The notes under the pieces were generated by a model that did not search any database, had not been told where the DNA came from, and was given only the letters and a program-made list of their open reading frames with translations. Position numbers and translations under genes: made by a program. From assembly GCA_020726135.1 (NCBI GenBank), contig DYTE01000002.1:5739-69738 (forward strand): a stretch of DNA of 64,000 nt. The letters are read 5' to 3'. Numbering within the stretch: position 1 is the first letter of the stretch; each line of letters begins with the position of its first letter. The DNA is from Rickettsia conorii. Lineage in GTDB: Bacteria; Pseudomonadota; Alphaproteobacteria; Rickettsiales; Rickettsiaceae. This document shows positions 19,974 through 30,724 of this stretch, piece after piece.

Positions 19974-21179
19974 ATGGCATTGATAGTTCAAAAATTTGGT
20001 GGCACTTCTGTTGCCAATATAGATCATATTAAGAATATTGTTTCATTAATTTTAAAAGAGAAAAATCAAGGGAATGATGTTGTAGTTGTTGTGTCAGCTA
20101 TGGCTGGTGTGACAAATAATATAATAAAATTATGTAATGAAATATCAAATTTGGATAATGAAAATAAATTATCTGAAGTAGATATGGCTCTCTCAACTGG
20201 AGAAATGGTAACAGCATCCTTAACATCTTTAGCGTTAATGCAACAAGGAGTTCAGGCTCAATCAATGCTTGCATGGCAATTATCTATTACTACTAATGAA
20301 AATTTTGGCAATGCTATAGTTACAGATTTAAATTCTGATCATATAATATCTTTGTTAAAAAAAAATATTATTCCTGTTATTTCAGGATTTCAAGGTATTA
20401 CATCATCTTCACGTATGACAACACTTGGTCGAGGTGGATCTGATACATCGGCAGTTCTTATCGCAGCTAAGATTAAGGCAGATAGATGCGATATTTATAC
20501 TGATGTTGATGGTATATTCACAAGCGACCCTAGACTTGTTCATAATGCTAAACATATTCCTATAATTAGTTTTGAGGATATGCTCGAGTTTTCAAGTTCT
20601 GGTGCAAAAATAATGCATCCAAGATCTATACAAATTGCTATGCGTTATAATGTTAACTTACGCGTTCTATCATCTTTTTCTTCAAATAATAATTGTACAA
20701 TTATCACATCAGGCGATCAAATTATGGAACGTAAATTAATTACAGGAATTACTTCAAATAGTAATTTATTAGAAGTAGAAATTATAAATACAAGAATTAG
20801 TTTAAATGAAATTATTGCTCAAATTATTAAGCATAATATATCCATAGATTTTATGATGAATAATACAAAACATGATGATTTTTATAATTATAAATTTCTT
20901 ACTTCCCTTACAGAAAAACCAAAATTAGAAATAATTTTAAAAAATTTACAAATTTCAAATTATGAAACTAATAGCAATGTATCTTTAATATCAATAATTG
21001 GATATGGTATTAAGAATGAATATGAGATTACTAATCAAATATTGGAACAATTAATTATAAATAATATAGATGTTAAATTAGCTCAAATATTTGATACAAA
21101 ATTTTTTATTTTGGTTAATGAGTTGGATAATAAAAAAACTATTTCTTTATTGCATGATTTTTTAAATTTAAGTAAATAA
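19974..21179 (+). CDS. lysC: Aspartate kinase
   Basis: The sequences ALIVQKFGGTSV and GRGGSDTSA..IAA....D.C.IYTDVDGIFTSDPR are the aspartokinase consensus. The C-terminus has ACT-like repeats. Confidence 0.93.
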   Translation: MALIVQKFGGTSVANIDHIKNIVSLILKEKNQGNDVVVVVSAMAGVTNNIIKLCNEISNLDNENKLSEVDMALSTGEMVTASLTSLALMQQGVQAQSMLAWQLSITTNENFGNAIVTDLNSDHIISLLKKNIIPVISGFQGITSSSRMTTLGRGGSDTSAVLIAAKIKADRCDIYTDVDGIFTSDPRLVHNAKHIPIISFEDMLEFSSSGAKIMHPRSIQIAMRYNVNLRVLSSFSSNNNCTIITSGDQIMERKLITGITSNSNLLEVEIINTRISLNEIIAQIIKHNISIDFMMNNTKHDDFYNYKFLTSLTEKPKLEIILKNLQISNYETNSNVSLISIIGYGIKNEYEITNQILEQLIINNIDVKLAQIFDTKFFILVNELDNKKTISLLHDFLNLSK

Positions 21180-21299
21180 AATTTAACTAATTTTATGCTT
21201 GACATGATTTTTATTTATATGTTAATCTGTGATGACAGCAAATACTCATATATAAGCATGTTTGCTGTGTAATATTAACATTATAAAAAGTAAATAATT

Positions 21300-21512
21300 A
21301 TGTATAATAATAGTTCAAATTGTGACAATAATAATGAAAATTTTTTGTATGGATTTTTTTCAGGTATGGCTGTTCCTATTGTATCATTTGTTTTTGCTTG
21401 GGGATGTGTCGCTTTTTGTCATTACAGATATAACGTTAATTGTTGTAATTTATATGGTCATATAGAAGAGAATAAAATAATAGGTAATAATATTGATCAA
21501 TTCGATTGTTAA
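21300..21512 (+). CDS. Small Cys-rich membrane protein (70 aa, 8 Cys, one TM segment), hypothetical
   Basis: The ORF is preceded by a promoter-like element and a 5' hairpin. Its 3' end overlaps the tilS start by 20 nt. I recognise no homolog. Confidence 0.35.
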   Translation: MYNNSSNCDNNNENFLYGFFSGMAVPIVSFVFAWGCVAFCHYRYNVNCCNLYGHIEENKIIGNNIDQFDC

Positions 21513-22776
21513 AAACAACTTATCAAAAGAAATTTTAGGTAATAAAATCGCAATTGCTGTCTCTGGCGGTAGCGATTCTATGGCTCTATTATTTTTAATG
21601 AATCAATTTGCAGAAGAATATTCCAATATAGAATTATTTTGTTTTTCTGTAGACCATAATTTACGTTCAAATTCTAAAATAGAGAATGATTATATTAGTC
21701 AGATATGTCATGAGCTTAATATCAAGCATTTTCAACTATCCTGGCAACATGGAAATAATTTCTCAAATCTCCAAGCAAGAGCAAGAAAAGCAAGATATGA
21801 TATGATGACAGATCTTTGCAAAAAGCTTGATATTTTAACTATTATGACAGCTCATCATAGAGATGATTATATTGAAAATTTCTGTATGAGAGAAACGCGA
21901 AAAAGTAGCGCATTTGGCCTTAGCTACACAAATATTAATTTTTATAAAAATATACGTATATTACGCCCCTTATATAATATATCTAAATCAGAATTAATAG
22001 ATTATTTGAAGCAAAATAATATTAAATGGTATGAGGATGAATCTAATAATTCAAATAAATATACTCGTAATATTGTTCGAAAAGAGCTGCAAGATGATAT
22101 TTTCAAAGAAAATAAATTAATAAGTCAAAATCTTGCAAATGAAGAATTCAAAAATACATTAAGGCCATTATTTATACAAGCACTATGTGAGTCTCTGACT
22201 ATTTATAATGAAGGATTTGCTACAATAGATTTGAATAGTTTAAAAATTTTTCCTATTGAGATTCAGTCTCAATTAATTTCTCATATTTTGATTATTATCA
22301 GTGGTAATTATAAAATTATAAGATATGATCCTATAAAATATATCTGTAATCTGATTGATCAAAATCAAGATTTTATTAAGACCTTACATGATTGCATGAT
22401 AATTAAACAAAATAATCATTTAATTATATATAAAGAATTGAATAAAATTGAAGGAATATTAAAATTAGGAAATAATATTATATGGGACAATCGATTTAGA
22501 ATAAGTCTAAATCAAAATATTGAAAATTATTATATTTCCAATATAAACATGAATGATTATATAAAAATTAAAGATAAGTTAGATTTAATAAATTTGAAAA
22601 ATATAAGTTTTAATAATCATCACAAAATTATGTTTACTCTTCCTGTAATTGTCTTCAATAAAGAAATTAAGGCCATTCCACATATTAATTATTATAATAT
22701 GGAGAATGACATTAAACAAAATTTAAATGTTAATTTTTATCCTCAATTTACATCCAGGTTCACACATTTTGAATGA
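21493..22776 (+). CDS. tilS: tRNA(Ile)-lysidine synthase
   Basis: It has the PP-loop SGGSDS, followed by DHNLR and AHH.DD motifs. Confidence 0.9.
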   Translation: MINSIVKNNLSKEILGNKIAIAVSGGSDSMALLFLMNQFAEEYSNIELFCFSVDHNLRSNSKIENDYISQICHELNIKHFQLSWQHGNNFSNLQARARKARYDMMTDLCKKLDILTIMTAHHRDDYIENFCMRETRKSSAFGLSYTNINFYKNIRILRPLYNISKSELIDYLKQNNIKWYEDESNNSNKYTRNIVRKELQDDIFKENKLISQNLANEEFKNTLRPLFIQALCESLTIYNEGFATIDLNSLKIFPIEIQSQLISHILIIISGNYKIIRYDPIKYICNLIDQNQDFIKTLHDCMIIKQNNHLIIYKELNKIEGILKLGNNIIWDNRFRISLNQNIENYYISNINMNDYIKIKDKLDLINLKNISFNNHHKIMFTLPVIVFNKEIKAIPHINYYNMENDIKQNLNVNFYPQFTSRFTHFE

Positions 22777-22778
22777 TT

Positions 22779-23348
22779 TTATATAGTTCTTTGATTAGAT
22801 TGTTTGGATATTTGTACATTTTCTGTAAACGAATACTTATTAGGATTTGCATTCATTACATTATTTCGCACATCACCTCCTATTTCAGCTAATGCAATCT
22901 TTAAACTCTTATTTATACTTGTTGGAGCTGTATATTGTTCAAAAGATTTTGCTAATTCAGAAGCACCAATATTTTTAAATATTTTAGTAAGTGATTTATA
23001 TATAATAGTTGAAATTGATGATGGAGCCTCTTTAATTTGTTCAAGAGTTTCTTTTATATATGTATCTTTGTCCTTCATAAATTTTTTATATAAGGTTTCA
23101 CTTAAAACACCTTTTCTTTCGTCTTTTTCATCTTTTCCTTCTTTTAATTTATCAAAAATATCATCAAAAAAAACAGATAACCATTCTCTTCTCTCTTTAT
23201 CATTTTTTGCTTGATATATTTCTTCAGAATATTCAGGTGTATTTATTTTCTCAATTGCTTGTATTGTATACATTTGTAAATCTGAAATATTTTTAAGAAC
23301 TTCTTTAGTTGTGATATTGTTAGACAATTCATCATTCTCAGTTGGCAT
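22779..23348 (-). CDS. Hypothetical protein (189 aa), paralog of the upstream 208-aa protein
   Basis: Its RBS context is AGGATAATATG. It lies 17 nt downstream of the 208-aa ORF. It shares about 32 aa of C-terminal similarity with that ORF (TIIYKSLTKIFKNIGASELAKSFEQY). Confidence 0.6.
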   Translation of the reverse strand: MPTENDELSNNITTKEVLKNISDLQMYTIQAIEKINTPEYSEEIYQAKNDKERREWLSVFFDDIFDKLKEGKDEKDERKGVLSETLYKKFMKDKDTYIKETLEQIKEAPSSISTIIYKSLTKIFKNIGASELAKSFEQYTAPTSINKSLKIALAEIGGDVRNNVMNANPNKYSFTENVQISKQSNQRTI

Positions 23349-23365
23349 ATTATCCTCATTAAATT

Positions 23366-23992
23366 TTATATATTTACTATTATTAATTTTTCTTCAGCAT
23401 ATTTTTTGAAAGATTCTGCTAACTCAAAAGCATAAACAGATTCGCATAATATTTTTAATATATTATATAAAATTGTTGCAGTGAAAGAATTATCATTTTG
23501 AATTTGTTGAAAAATTTCGTCTATATTTATTAATTTTTCCATTTCTTGTTTTTGGTACCTTGTTATAAGTTTCTTTCTTAAGAAAAAACATATAGCATTA
23601 TAAAAAAATTGTTTTACTATTTCTTTTCGGATCTTTAGATTTTTCTTCGTTAAAATCAGTTTAGCACAGTCAACAATATGAATAGCATATACTGTATCTT
23701 TTATAAATTTTTGCCTCATCACTTGTGCTTCAAGTAGTTTTTTTTCATGAAGTTTTAAACCTTTAATTAATTCCTTATATGTAATATTAGTATCTTTAAT
23801 TAAATATTGAACTTTTATTTTTGCTTGTTTTTTTTCAACAATCGTCATATTAGAAGTAATAGGTTTGATGTTATATTCTTCTATAAATGATAGGATGTAT
23901 TGTTCTCTTGTAATAGGTCTACATTCTTCATCAAAATCATATTCATCATCTTCGTCATCATCTATTTCTTTATCTATTTCTATGTATAACAT
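23366..23992 (-). CDS. Hypothetical protein (208 aa) with poly-acidic N-terminus
   Basis: Its RBS context is AGGATAATATG. It lies 12 nt downstream of the cysS stop. The N-terminus is DDDEDDEYDFDEE and the C-terminal motif is TILYNILKILCESVYAFELAESFKKY. Confidence 0.6.
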   Translation of the reverse strand: MLYIEIDKEIDDDEDDEYDFDEECRPITREQYILSFIEEYNIKPITSNMTIVEKKQAKIKVQYLIKDTNITYKELIKGLKLHEKKLLEAQVMRQKFIKDTVYAIHIVDCAKLILTKKNLKIRKEIVKQFFYNAICFFLRKKLITRYQKQEMEKLINIDEIFQQIQNDNSFTATILYNILKILCESVYAFELAESFKKYAEEKLIIVNI

Positions 23993-24004
23993 ATTATCCT
24001 AACT

Positions 24005-25390
24005 TTATTTATAGTTTTTCCATGTTGTTATATTATCAGCATTATCTTCAATGACAATACCCATTTGCAATAATTGACTACGGATATTATCAGCTATTTC
24101 CCAATTTTTTTGCATTTTTGCATCAGTGCGCTGTTGAATTAAATTTTCTATCAAATCATGATTTGTAATATTATGTTTAAACCACGGGTCAGGTTTTATA
24201 TTTAAAAACCCCATCATATTAGCACAAGAAACTAATTGTTGAGCATTAATAATTTTTATATGAAGATCTGTAGAGATAAAAATATTTTTAGCATATTCAT
24301 TAAGTATTTTAATAGCTAAAACACTATTCATATCGTCATGTAATGATTCTATAAATTCATTTGTTATATATTCATCTTGAGGAACAATATCATCGTTAAC
24401 TGATTTTATCGCACGTTGCCAATAGTCCAATATTTTTTGAGCATCATTTAGAGATTTTTCTGTATAATCAAGAGGTTTTCTATAATGGGTTGATAGTAAA
24501 ACTAGTTTGATAACCTCTCCTTGAATATTATTATTCATAATATTTTCGATAGTAATGAAATTCCCAAGTGATTTACTCATTTTTTGTCCATTAACAGTCA
24601 AAAAACCATTATGGACCCAATATTTAGCAAAAATTGAATCAGGAAATGCGCATCTGCTTTGAGCTATTTCATTTGTATGATGAGGGAATATTAAGTCAGA
24701 TCCGCCTCCATGAATATCAAAACTATCGCCTAAATATTTATAGCTCATAGCAGAACATTCTATATGCCAACCAGGTCTGCCTCTGCCAAATGGACTATCA
24801 AAACTTGATTCATCTTCTTCTAAAGCCGGTTTCCAAAGCACAAAATCATGTGGATTATTTTTAACATTATCAATAAGATCACGTGTATCCTCCATTGATT
24901 CATTGAGATCTCTACCTGATAAAGATGTATAATCTTTATATTTACTTACATTAAAATAAACATGCCCTTCTTTCTCATAGGCTATTTCTTTTTTTATTAA
25001 TTTTTCAATGATCATAATCATATCACTTATATGTTGTGTAGCCTTTGGTTCAAATGTTGGCGGAAGGCAAAATAAATAACGTGTTTGATCATGAAATATT
25101 TTAGTAATTCTTTCAGTTAAAGGCAAAATACTTGTTCCTTCAAGAGCTGCTCTATCTATGATTTTATCATCAATATCAGTAATATTTCTTATGTAGATCA
25201 CAGCTTGAGGAGTAAAAATTCTGCGTAATATTCTATATAATAAATCATATATAACTATAGATCGTGCATTACCTATATGAGGAATATCGTAAACAGTTGG
25301 ACCGCAAACATACATTCTTACCATATTATTTTGTAATGGAGTAAATATTTCTTTTTCACGCGTTAAACTATTATATAAATATAATTTCAT
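24005..25390 (-). CDS. cysS: Cysteine--tRNA ligase
   Basis: It has the class I motifs HIGNARS (HIGH) and KMSKSLGN (KMSKS). Confidence 0.96.
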   Translation of the reverse strand: MKLYLYNSLTREKEIFTPLQNNMVRMYVCGPTVYDIPHIGNARSIVIYDLLYRILRRIFTPQAVIYIRNITDIDDKIIDRAALEGTSILPLTERITKIFHDQTRYLFCLPPTFEPKATQHISDMIMIIEKLIKKEIAYEKEGHVYFNVSKYKDYTSLSGRDLNESMEDTRDLIDNVKNNPHDFVLWKPALEEDESSFDSPFGRGRPGWHIECSAMSYKYLGDSFDIHGGGSDLIFPHHTNEIAQSRCAFPDSIFAKYWVHNGFLTVNGQKMSKSLGNFITIENIMNNNIQGEVIKLVLLSTHYRKPLDYTEKSLNDAQKILDYWQRAIKSVNDDIVPQDEYITNEFIESLHDDMNSVLAIKILNEYAKNIFISTDLHIKIINAQQLVSCANMMGFLNIKPDPWFKHNITNHDLIENLIQQRTDAKMQKNWEIADNIRSQLLQMGIVIEDNADNITTWKNYK

Positions 25391-25394
25391 AAAA

Positions 25395-26261
25395 TTATCC
25401 TTCTATTTGTTTATTACAAAATTTAAGCATTGAGTGAAAAGTATTTTTAAGTAAGAAGGCAATTGTCATTGGTCCTACACCTCCTGGTACTGGTGAAATA
25501 TATTGTACTAATTTTGATACTTCATCAAAATCAACATCTCCCACTATTTTTCCTTCCAGCCTACTAATTCCTACATCAATAATTATAGATTTTTTAGAAA
25601 AATATTCTCTAGTAAAAAATTTTGGCGAACCTATCGCTGTTATTATTATATCACTTTTTAAAGTAATTTCATTCAAATTTTTTGTTCTAGAATGACAAAT
25701 TGTCACTGTAGAATTTTCTGCTGTTAATAAAGCTGCAACTGGTTTACCTACAATATTTGATCTTCCTACTATTGTAACGGATTTAGCTTCTAATGAATTA
25801 AGAATTTGTTTTAACAAATAAACCACACCAAGAGCTGTACAAGGAACAAAAGCTTTTGTAGAACCACTATGTAAATATCCAACATTAATAGGATGAAAAC
25901 CATCAACATCTTTTAAAGGTGAAATAGCTTCAATAATTTTTTCTTTATTAATATGTAATGGTAAGGGGAGTTGTACTATAATACCATGAATATCATCACT
26001 ATTATTTAAAATATCAATTTTATTAATTAGTTCATCTGTTGTAATATCAATATTTTCTTGTACAAGCAAAGCATCCATATTAATTTTTGCAGCTGCTTTT
26101 AGTTTATTTTGTACATATATTAAGCTTCTTTCATCATTTCCTACAATGATAATAGCTAATTTGGGAATAATTTTATATTTATTATAAATCTCCTTTATCT
26201 GTATAGCTAAATCCTCAGTAATTTGATTTGCAAAAAACTTTCCATTTATTATATTATTCAA
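25395..26261 (-). CDS. folD: Bifunctional methylenetetrahydrofolate dehydrogenase/cyclohydrolase
   Basis: The sequences [30 protein letters not shown] and [10 protein letters not shown] are the FolD consensus. Confidence 0.95.
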   Translation of the reverse strand: MNNIINGKFFANQITEDLAIQIKEIYNKYKIIPKLAIIIVGNDERSLIYVQNKLKAAAKINMDALLVQENIDITTDELINKIDILNNSDDIHGIIVQLPLPLHINKEKIIEAISPLKDVDGFHPINVGYLHSGSTKAFVPCTALGVVYLLKQILNSLEAKSVTIVGRSNIVGKPVAALLTAENSTVTICHSRTKNLNEITLKSDIIITAIGSPKFFTREYFSKKSIIIDVGISRLEGKIVGDVDFDEVSKLVQYISPVPGGVGPMTIAFLLKNTFHSMLKFCNKQIEG

Positions 26262-27271
26262 GATTTTACTCCTTTAGAAGTAGAATATTGAAAATGTAGT
26301 GCTTTCCCATCAAACACTCTACTATACGCATGATGAATACTGCTTGCAGCCTCTGCAAAACCAGTTAATATGAGTTTTAATTTACCATCATAAGTAGCAA
26401 TATCTCCAACAGCATATATTCCATCTATATTAGTTTGATAATGAGGTTGCGAAACAATTATATGGTTTGATTTAAGATTCAACCCCCAATTAGCTATCGA
26501 TCCAATATTTTGAATTAATCCAAAAAATGGTAATAATATATCAGTATCTAAATATCTAATCTGATTGTTGAAATCACGTACTAATATTTTTTTTAAATAT
26601 CCATTCTCTCCTTCAATAGATTCCAACTGACAATTAAGAACAAGTTCAATTTTTCCTAACTTCACTAGTTCAGCTATTTTATTCATACTATTGTCGAGCG
26701 CTTTAAAAATTTCGCGTCTATGAATAAGATAAATTTTATTTGCAACTTCAGATAAAGATATGGCCCAGTCGATAGCTGAATCACCTCCACCTGCAATTGC
26801 TATATTTTTAAATGTAAAATCAGATCGATTAGTGACAGAATAGAATATAGATTTATTCTCAAATAATTCTATATGGGGTAATGGTGGTTTTCTATGTACA
26901 AAAGCACCAGCTCCAGCTGCTATTATAACAACTTTAGACTTTATATTTATTTCTTTAGATGTTGTGATTTCGAAAATATTACCATTTTTTGTTAAATTAG
27001 TTATTTCTTGATCTAAATAATATAGTGGCTTAAAATTATCAGCCTGTTTTTTTAGATTATCTACGAGATTAGCACCTGTAGTAATAGGATATGCAGGTAT
27101 GTCATAGATTGGTTTTTCTGGATATAATGCTGAACATTGTCCTCCAACCTCATTTCTTGAATCTATTATTGCGCATTTCATACCAAGCATGCCAGCTTGA
27201 AATATTGTAAATAATCCAATTGGCCCTGCGCCTATTATTAATATATCAACATCAACATTATTATAATTCAT
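26258..27271 (-). CDS. Ferredoxin--NADP(+) reductase, thioredoxin-reductase-like type
   Basis: The sequence [13 protein letters not shown]...[20 protein letters not shown] is typical of TrxR-like FNR (YumC type). There is no CxxC redox pair. Confidence 0.85.
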   Translation of the reverse strand: MNYNNVDVDILIIGAGPIGLFTIFQAGMLGMKCAIIDSRNEVGGQCSALYPEKPIYDIPAYPITTGANLVDNLKKQADNFKPLYYLDQEITNLTKNGNIFEITTSKEINIKSKVVIIAAGAGAFVHRKPPLPHIELFENKSIFYSVTNRSDFTFKNIAIAGGGDSAIDWAISLSEVANKIYLIHRREIFKALDNSMNKIAELVKLGKIELVLNCQLESIEGENGYLKKILVRDFNNQIRYLDTDILLPFFGLIQNIGSIANWGLNLKSNHIIVSQPHYQTNIDGIYAVGDIATYDGKLKLILTGFAEAASSIHHAYSRVFDGKALHFQYSTSKGVKS

Positions 27272-27287
27272 ATTTATATTATATTAA

Positions 27288-29078
27288 TTAATATTCTAAT
27301 TCCGATAATCTCTGCTCTATTTTTGAAATTTCATATACTATTTTTGACATTTCAATATCATATAAATTAAGTATAGGAGAATCAAGCCTATTTTGTGAGT
27401 CAATAATATATAAAAATTCTTGTTTTAATTTATATAGATGATGTTTCTTTACTAACCAGTTCCAGTAAAAATTAAGAATTGTTAGTTTATTATTATCATC
27501 ATTATAAAAATTTTGAATTCCAAAATTGAATAATATTAGAAATATATCAAAAAATCCAGTATTTTGAACTATCTCATATATTTCATCTTTATTACAAATA
27601 TTTTTATCTAAAATTTCTTCCAAAAACCAGTTTCTAAAATCTTCTAATTCTTGTGTTTGGAAATCTATAGAAGTAAAAATTTCATATTTATCTTCATGTA
27701 ATATAATTTCAGGATATTTTAACATAAAACTAGCAAAAGAATATTCCAATTGTTCAAGTTCATTTGAATCTATAATGATATTTGGTGGTAATAATTTTAA
27801 TTTTGTATTTTTTTTTCTTTTTGTATCAGAATATTGCCATATTTGATTTTTAAAATAATAATAATAATAATTTTTTAATATTTTATCATTAATATGCGAA
27901 CAATATGTAGTTAATTTATATTCTAAAGATGCTTTTTTCTCAGGTGAATTAAGTAGTTTATTATCATATTCAATATGCCATATCATTTCTGATAGACTAA
28001 TTCTATTTTTTAATAATTCCTCAAATATTTGAATGCCATTATTTTTTCTAACTATATTATCTGGATCAGTATTATAAGGTAAATTTATAAAAGAAACCTG
28101 TCTATTACTAGATACTAATTCTAAACTTAGATTAATTACACGTTTCGCAGCCTTTGCTCCAGCTTCATCACCATCTAGACATATTATAATTTCATTACCA
28201 GCCTTCCATAGTTTTTCTAAATGTGATTTAGCGACACTCGTGCCAAGCGCTGCTACAGCTTCCTTAAATCCTGCCTGATGAAGAGCTATAACATCCATAT
28301 ATCCTTCAACTAATATAGAATAATTCTTTTTATATATAGCATTAATTGCTTTATGCTCACCATATAATATTTCGGATTTATGAAATACCAATGTTTCAGG
28401 AGAATTTAAATATTTAGGTAGGCGATCATCAATCGTGCGACCTCCAAAACCAACAATTTTATTATATATATTTTTTATAGGAAATATTATTCGATTATAA
28501 AATAATTCATATATCTTACCATCCTCATTTTTTCCAATTAATCCTGTATTATTTAAGGAAGTAATATTTGTGGATTTTTTTTGAAAAAACTCTATTAATG
28601 AATTACGTGAATTAGAATCAGTATATCCTAAATCAAAATCTATTATAGTTTGTTCTATTAGTCCGCGTGATTTTAAATATTCCTTAATTTGATCATTTAA
28701 TTTTAATTTAAAAATTTCACTAGCTTCAAAATTAATTTCATATATTTCTTCTATTTCATCATATTTTTTCTTTTGTTCATCTGTTAATTTTGGTATGGCT
28801 ATATTATAATCAGAAGCAAGTTTTATTGCAGCTTCTTTATAACTTAATCCTTGAATTTGTGAGATAAATTTAATAACATCACCAGATACGCTACAACCAA
28901 AACAATAATATGATTTTTTTAAATCATTAACATAAAAAGATGGTGTTTTTTCATTATGAAAAGGACATAGGCCCAAATATTCTCCAGCTTTCTTTGTTAA
29001 AGAAATTTTCTGTCTTATAATATCTGATAAATTAATATGATTTCTAATCACATCATAAAATTCAACTGGAATCTGCAT
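27288..29078 (-). CDS. dnaG: DNA primase
   Basis: It has the zinc finger CPFHNEKTPSF...CFGC and a TOPRIM region (EGYMDV, DGDEAG). Confidence 0.94.
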   Translation of the reverse strand: MQIPVEFYDVIRNHINLSDIIRQKISLTKKAGEYLGLCPFHNEKTPSFYVNDLKKSYYCFGCSVSGDVIKFISQIQGLSYKEAAIKLASDYNIAIPKLTDEQKKKYDEIEEIYEINFEASEIFKLKLNDQIKEYLKSRGLIEQTIIDFDLGYTDSNSRNSLIEFFQKKSTNITSLNNTGLIGKNEDGKIYELFYNRIIFPIKNIYNKIVGFGGRTIDDRLPKYLNSPETLVFHKSEILYGEHKAINAIYKKNYSILVEGYMDVIALHQAGFKEAVAALGTSVAKSHLEKLWKAGNEIIICLDGDEAGAKAAKRVINLSLELVSSNRQVSFINLPYNTDPDNIVRKNNGIQIFEELLKNRISLSEMIWHIEYDNKLLNSPEKKASLEYKLTTYCSHINDKILKNYYYYYFKNQIWQYSDTKRKKNTKLKLLPPNIIIDSNELEQLEYSFASFMLKYPEIILHEDKYEIFTSIDFQTQELEDFRNWFLEEILDKNICNKDEIYEIVQNTGFFDIFLILFNFGIQNFYNDDNNKLTILNFYWNWLVKKHHLYKLKQEFLYIIDSQNRLDSPILNLYDIEMSKIVYEISKIEQRLSELEY

Positions 29079-29157
29079 CTTGAATATTAACTATATATAA
29101 ATAAATTACATTATACTATATAACATAAATAATAATCAAAATTATTGAAATAAAAAT

Positions 29158-29700
29158 ATGAATATAAAAAGCAAATTAAAAAATTATCATAGTGATTTTC
29201 ATGAAGAAATATTTTTTAGAAATGAAATGTTAGATTTTTTTAAAAATACAAAAAAGCCATTTAATAGAGAAACAAAAGAAGGCCATTTCACTGCTTCGGC
29301 ATTTTTATTAAATTCAACTAAAACAAAATTTTTGCTAATGCATCATGTTAAACTGAACAAATGGTTGCAGCTTGGTGGTCATGCTGATGGAGAAAAAAAT
29401 CTACTTGAAGTTGCTATTAAAGAAGCAAAAGAAGAATCTGGAATTAGTAATATCATTTCTGTAAATGAAAATATATTTGATATAGATATTCATATAATTC
29501 CTTTAAATAATTCAGAAATTGAACATAAACATTATGATGTGAGATTTTTACTCAAAACGATTAATAATGATGTTTTTATTAAAAATTCTGAATCTAAAGA
29601 ATTAGCATGGATTGATGTTAATTCATATAATAATTTAAATATAGAAATTGAATATTCCATTAAAAGAATGATAGTAAAATATCAAAAAACTTTATATTAA
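29158..29700 (+). CDS. NUDIX hydrolase
   Basis: The Nudix box is GGHADGEKNLLEVAIKEAKEESGI. Confidence 0.85.
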   Translation: MNIKSKLKNYHSDFHEEIFFRNEMLDFFKNTKKPFNRETKEGHFTASAFLLNSTKTKFLLMHHVKLNKWLQLGGHADGEKNLLEVAIKEAKEESGISNIISVNENIFDIDIHIIPLNNSEIEHKHYDVRFLLKTINNDVFIKNSESKELAWIDVNSYNNLNIEIEYSIKRMIVKYQKTLY

Positions 29701-29855
29701 AATTATATGAGGATAGTCAAAAACTAGAGATAGATTCATTGAATATGCAATATCAAGCTATTTGAAACGGAAATAAAAATCTTAAAATCTAGTTATAGTT
29801 TGGAATGATAGGCTGAATTAGAGGATAATATAAAAATAATCAGATACTACAAATA

Positions 29856-29930
29856 TGGTGCCGGATGTCGGATTTGAACTGACGACCTACCGCTTACAAG
29901 GCGGTTGCTCTACCACTGAGCTAATCCGGC
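29856..29930 (-). tRNA. tRNA-Thr (anticodon TGT), CCA encoded
   Basis: I hand-folded the reverse complement GCCGGATTAGCTCAGTGGTAGAGC...CTTGTAA...TTCAAAT...ATCCGGCACCA. The acceptor and anticodon stems are perfect. The T-stem has one A-C mismatch. Confidence 0.88.
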
Positions 29931-30020
29931 GAAAAATTGAAAATATTGCAAATAATTTTATAACAGAACATTGACTCTAAAATTAATTCAAAATAATTTC
30001 TTAATTTCAAATATAAATAT

Positions 30021-30350
30021 TTAAGCTTCTTTAGCTTTTTTCTTTGCTTTTTCTTTACGATTTACTAAATGTAAATCAAATTTCTTCTTAATTTTTTCAG
30101 GAAGAATTATACCAGCATCAATAATAAATTTTGCAACACGTTCAGTCGGTTGAGCACCATTATTAAGCCAATATTCTATACGGTCTGATTTTAATGTTAC
30201 ACGTGTTGCAACATCTTCGACAAGTGGATTATATGTTCCAACTTTCTCCAAAAAATCACCATCACGAGGAGCAGTGGCATTTGCTACAACAACTCTATAA
30301 AAAGGACGTTTTTTTGCCCCGCCTCTTGCTAAACGAATTTTTACTGCCAT
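30021..30350 (-). CDS. rpsP: 30S ribosomal protein S16
   Basis: [23 protein letters not shown] is the S16 N-terminus. Confidence 0.95.
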   Translation of the reverse strand: MAVKIRLARGGAKKRPFYRVVVANATAPRDGDFLEKVGTYNPLVEDVATRVTLKSDRIEYWLNNGAQPTERVAKFIIDAGIILPEKIKKKFDLHLVNRKEKAKKKAKEA

Positions 30351-30370
30351 AAACCTATACTTTAACTAAA

Positions 30371-30541
30371 TTATTTTATTTTTTCTTCTTTAAAATCCAC
30401 ATGTTTTCTAACAACGGGATCATATTTTCTAAACGACAATTTTTCTGTCTGAGTTTTAGGATTACGTCTTTTTACTAAAAAATACCCAGTACCAGCTGTA
30501 CTTACCAATCTTACTAAAACATTTTTATTTTTCTTAGCCAC
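30371..30541 (-). CDS. rpmG: 50S ribosomal protein L33
   Basis: It is not in the ORF track (56 aa). My hand translation is [56 protein letters not shown]. This matches the L33 consensus (SxAGTG...KL...[16 protein letters not shown]). The GTG is the first canonical start codon after an in-frame TGA. Confidence 0.9.
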   Translation of the reverse strand: MAKKNKNVLVRLVSTAGTGYFLVKRRNPKTQTEKLSFRKYDPVVRKHVDFKEEKIK

Positions 30542-30724
30542 GAAACCAACTCTTATATAAATCTTAACAACAACATGTTTTCATTATAATAAAATAGATA
30601 TAATAAAAGAAATAGTCAAGCACATAGTTAAATTTTCTAAAATCTTTATGCAAAACCATTGATTTATATAAATTCATTATTATATCATAGAATATATATA
30701 TTGACTTTTTAAAGGATTTAAATA

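Noticed and set aside
22804-23214. 136-aa + strand ORF antisense to the 189-aa hypothetical
   Set aside because: Its F/S/L/I-rich composition is typical of the reverse complement of a K/E-rich gene. It has no RBS. The minus-strand ORF has a good Shine-Dalgarno and a paralog next door.
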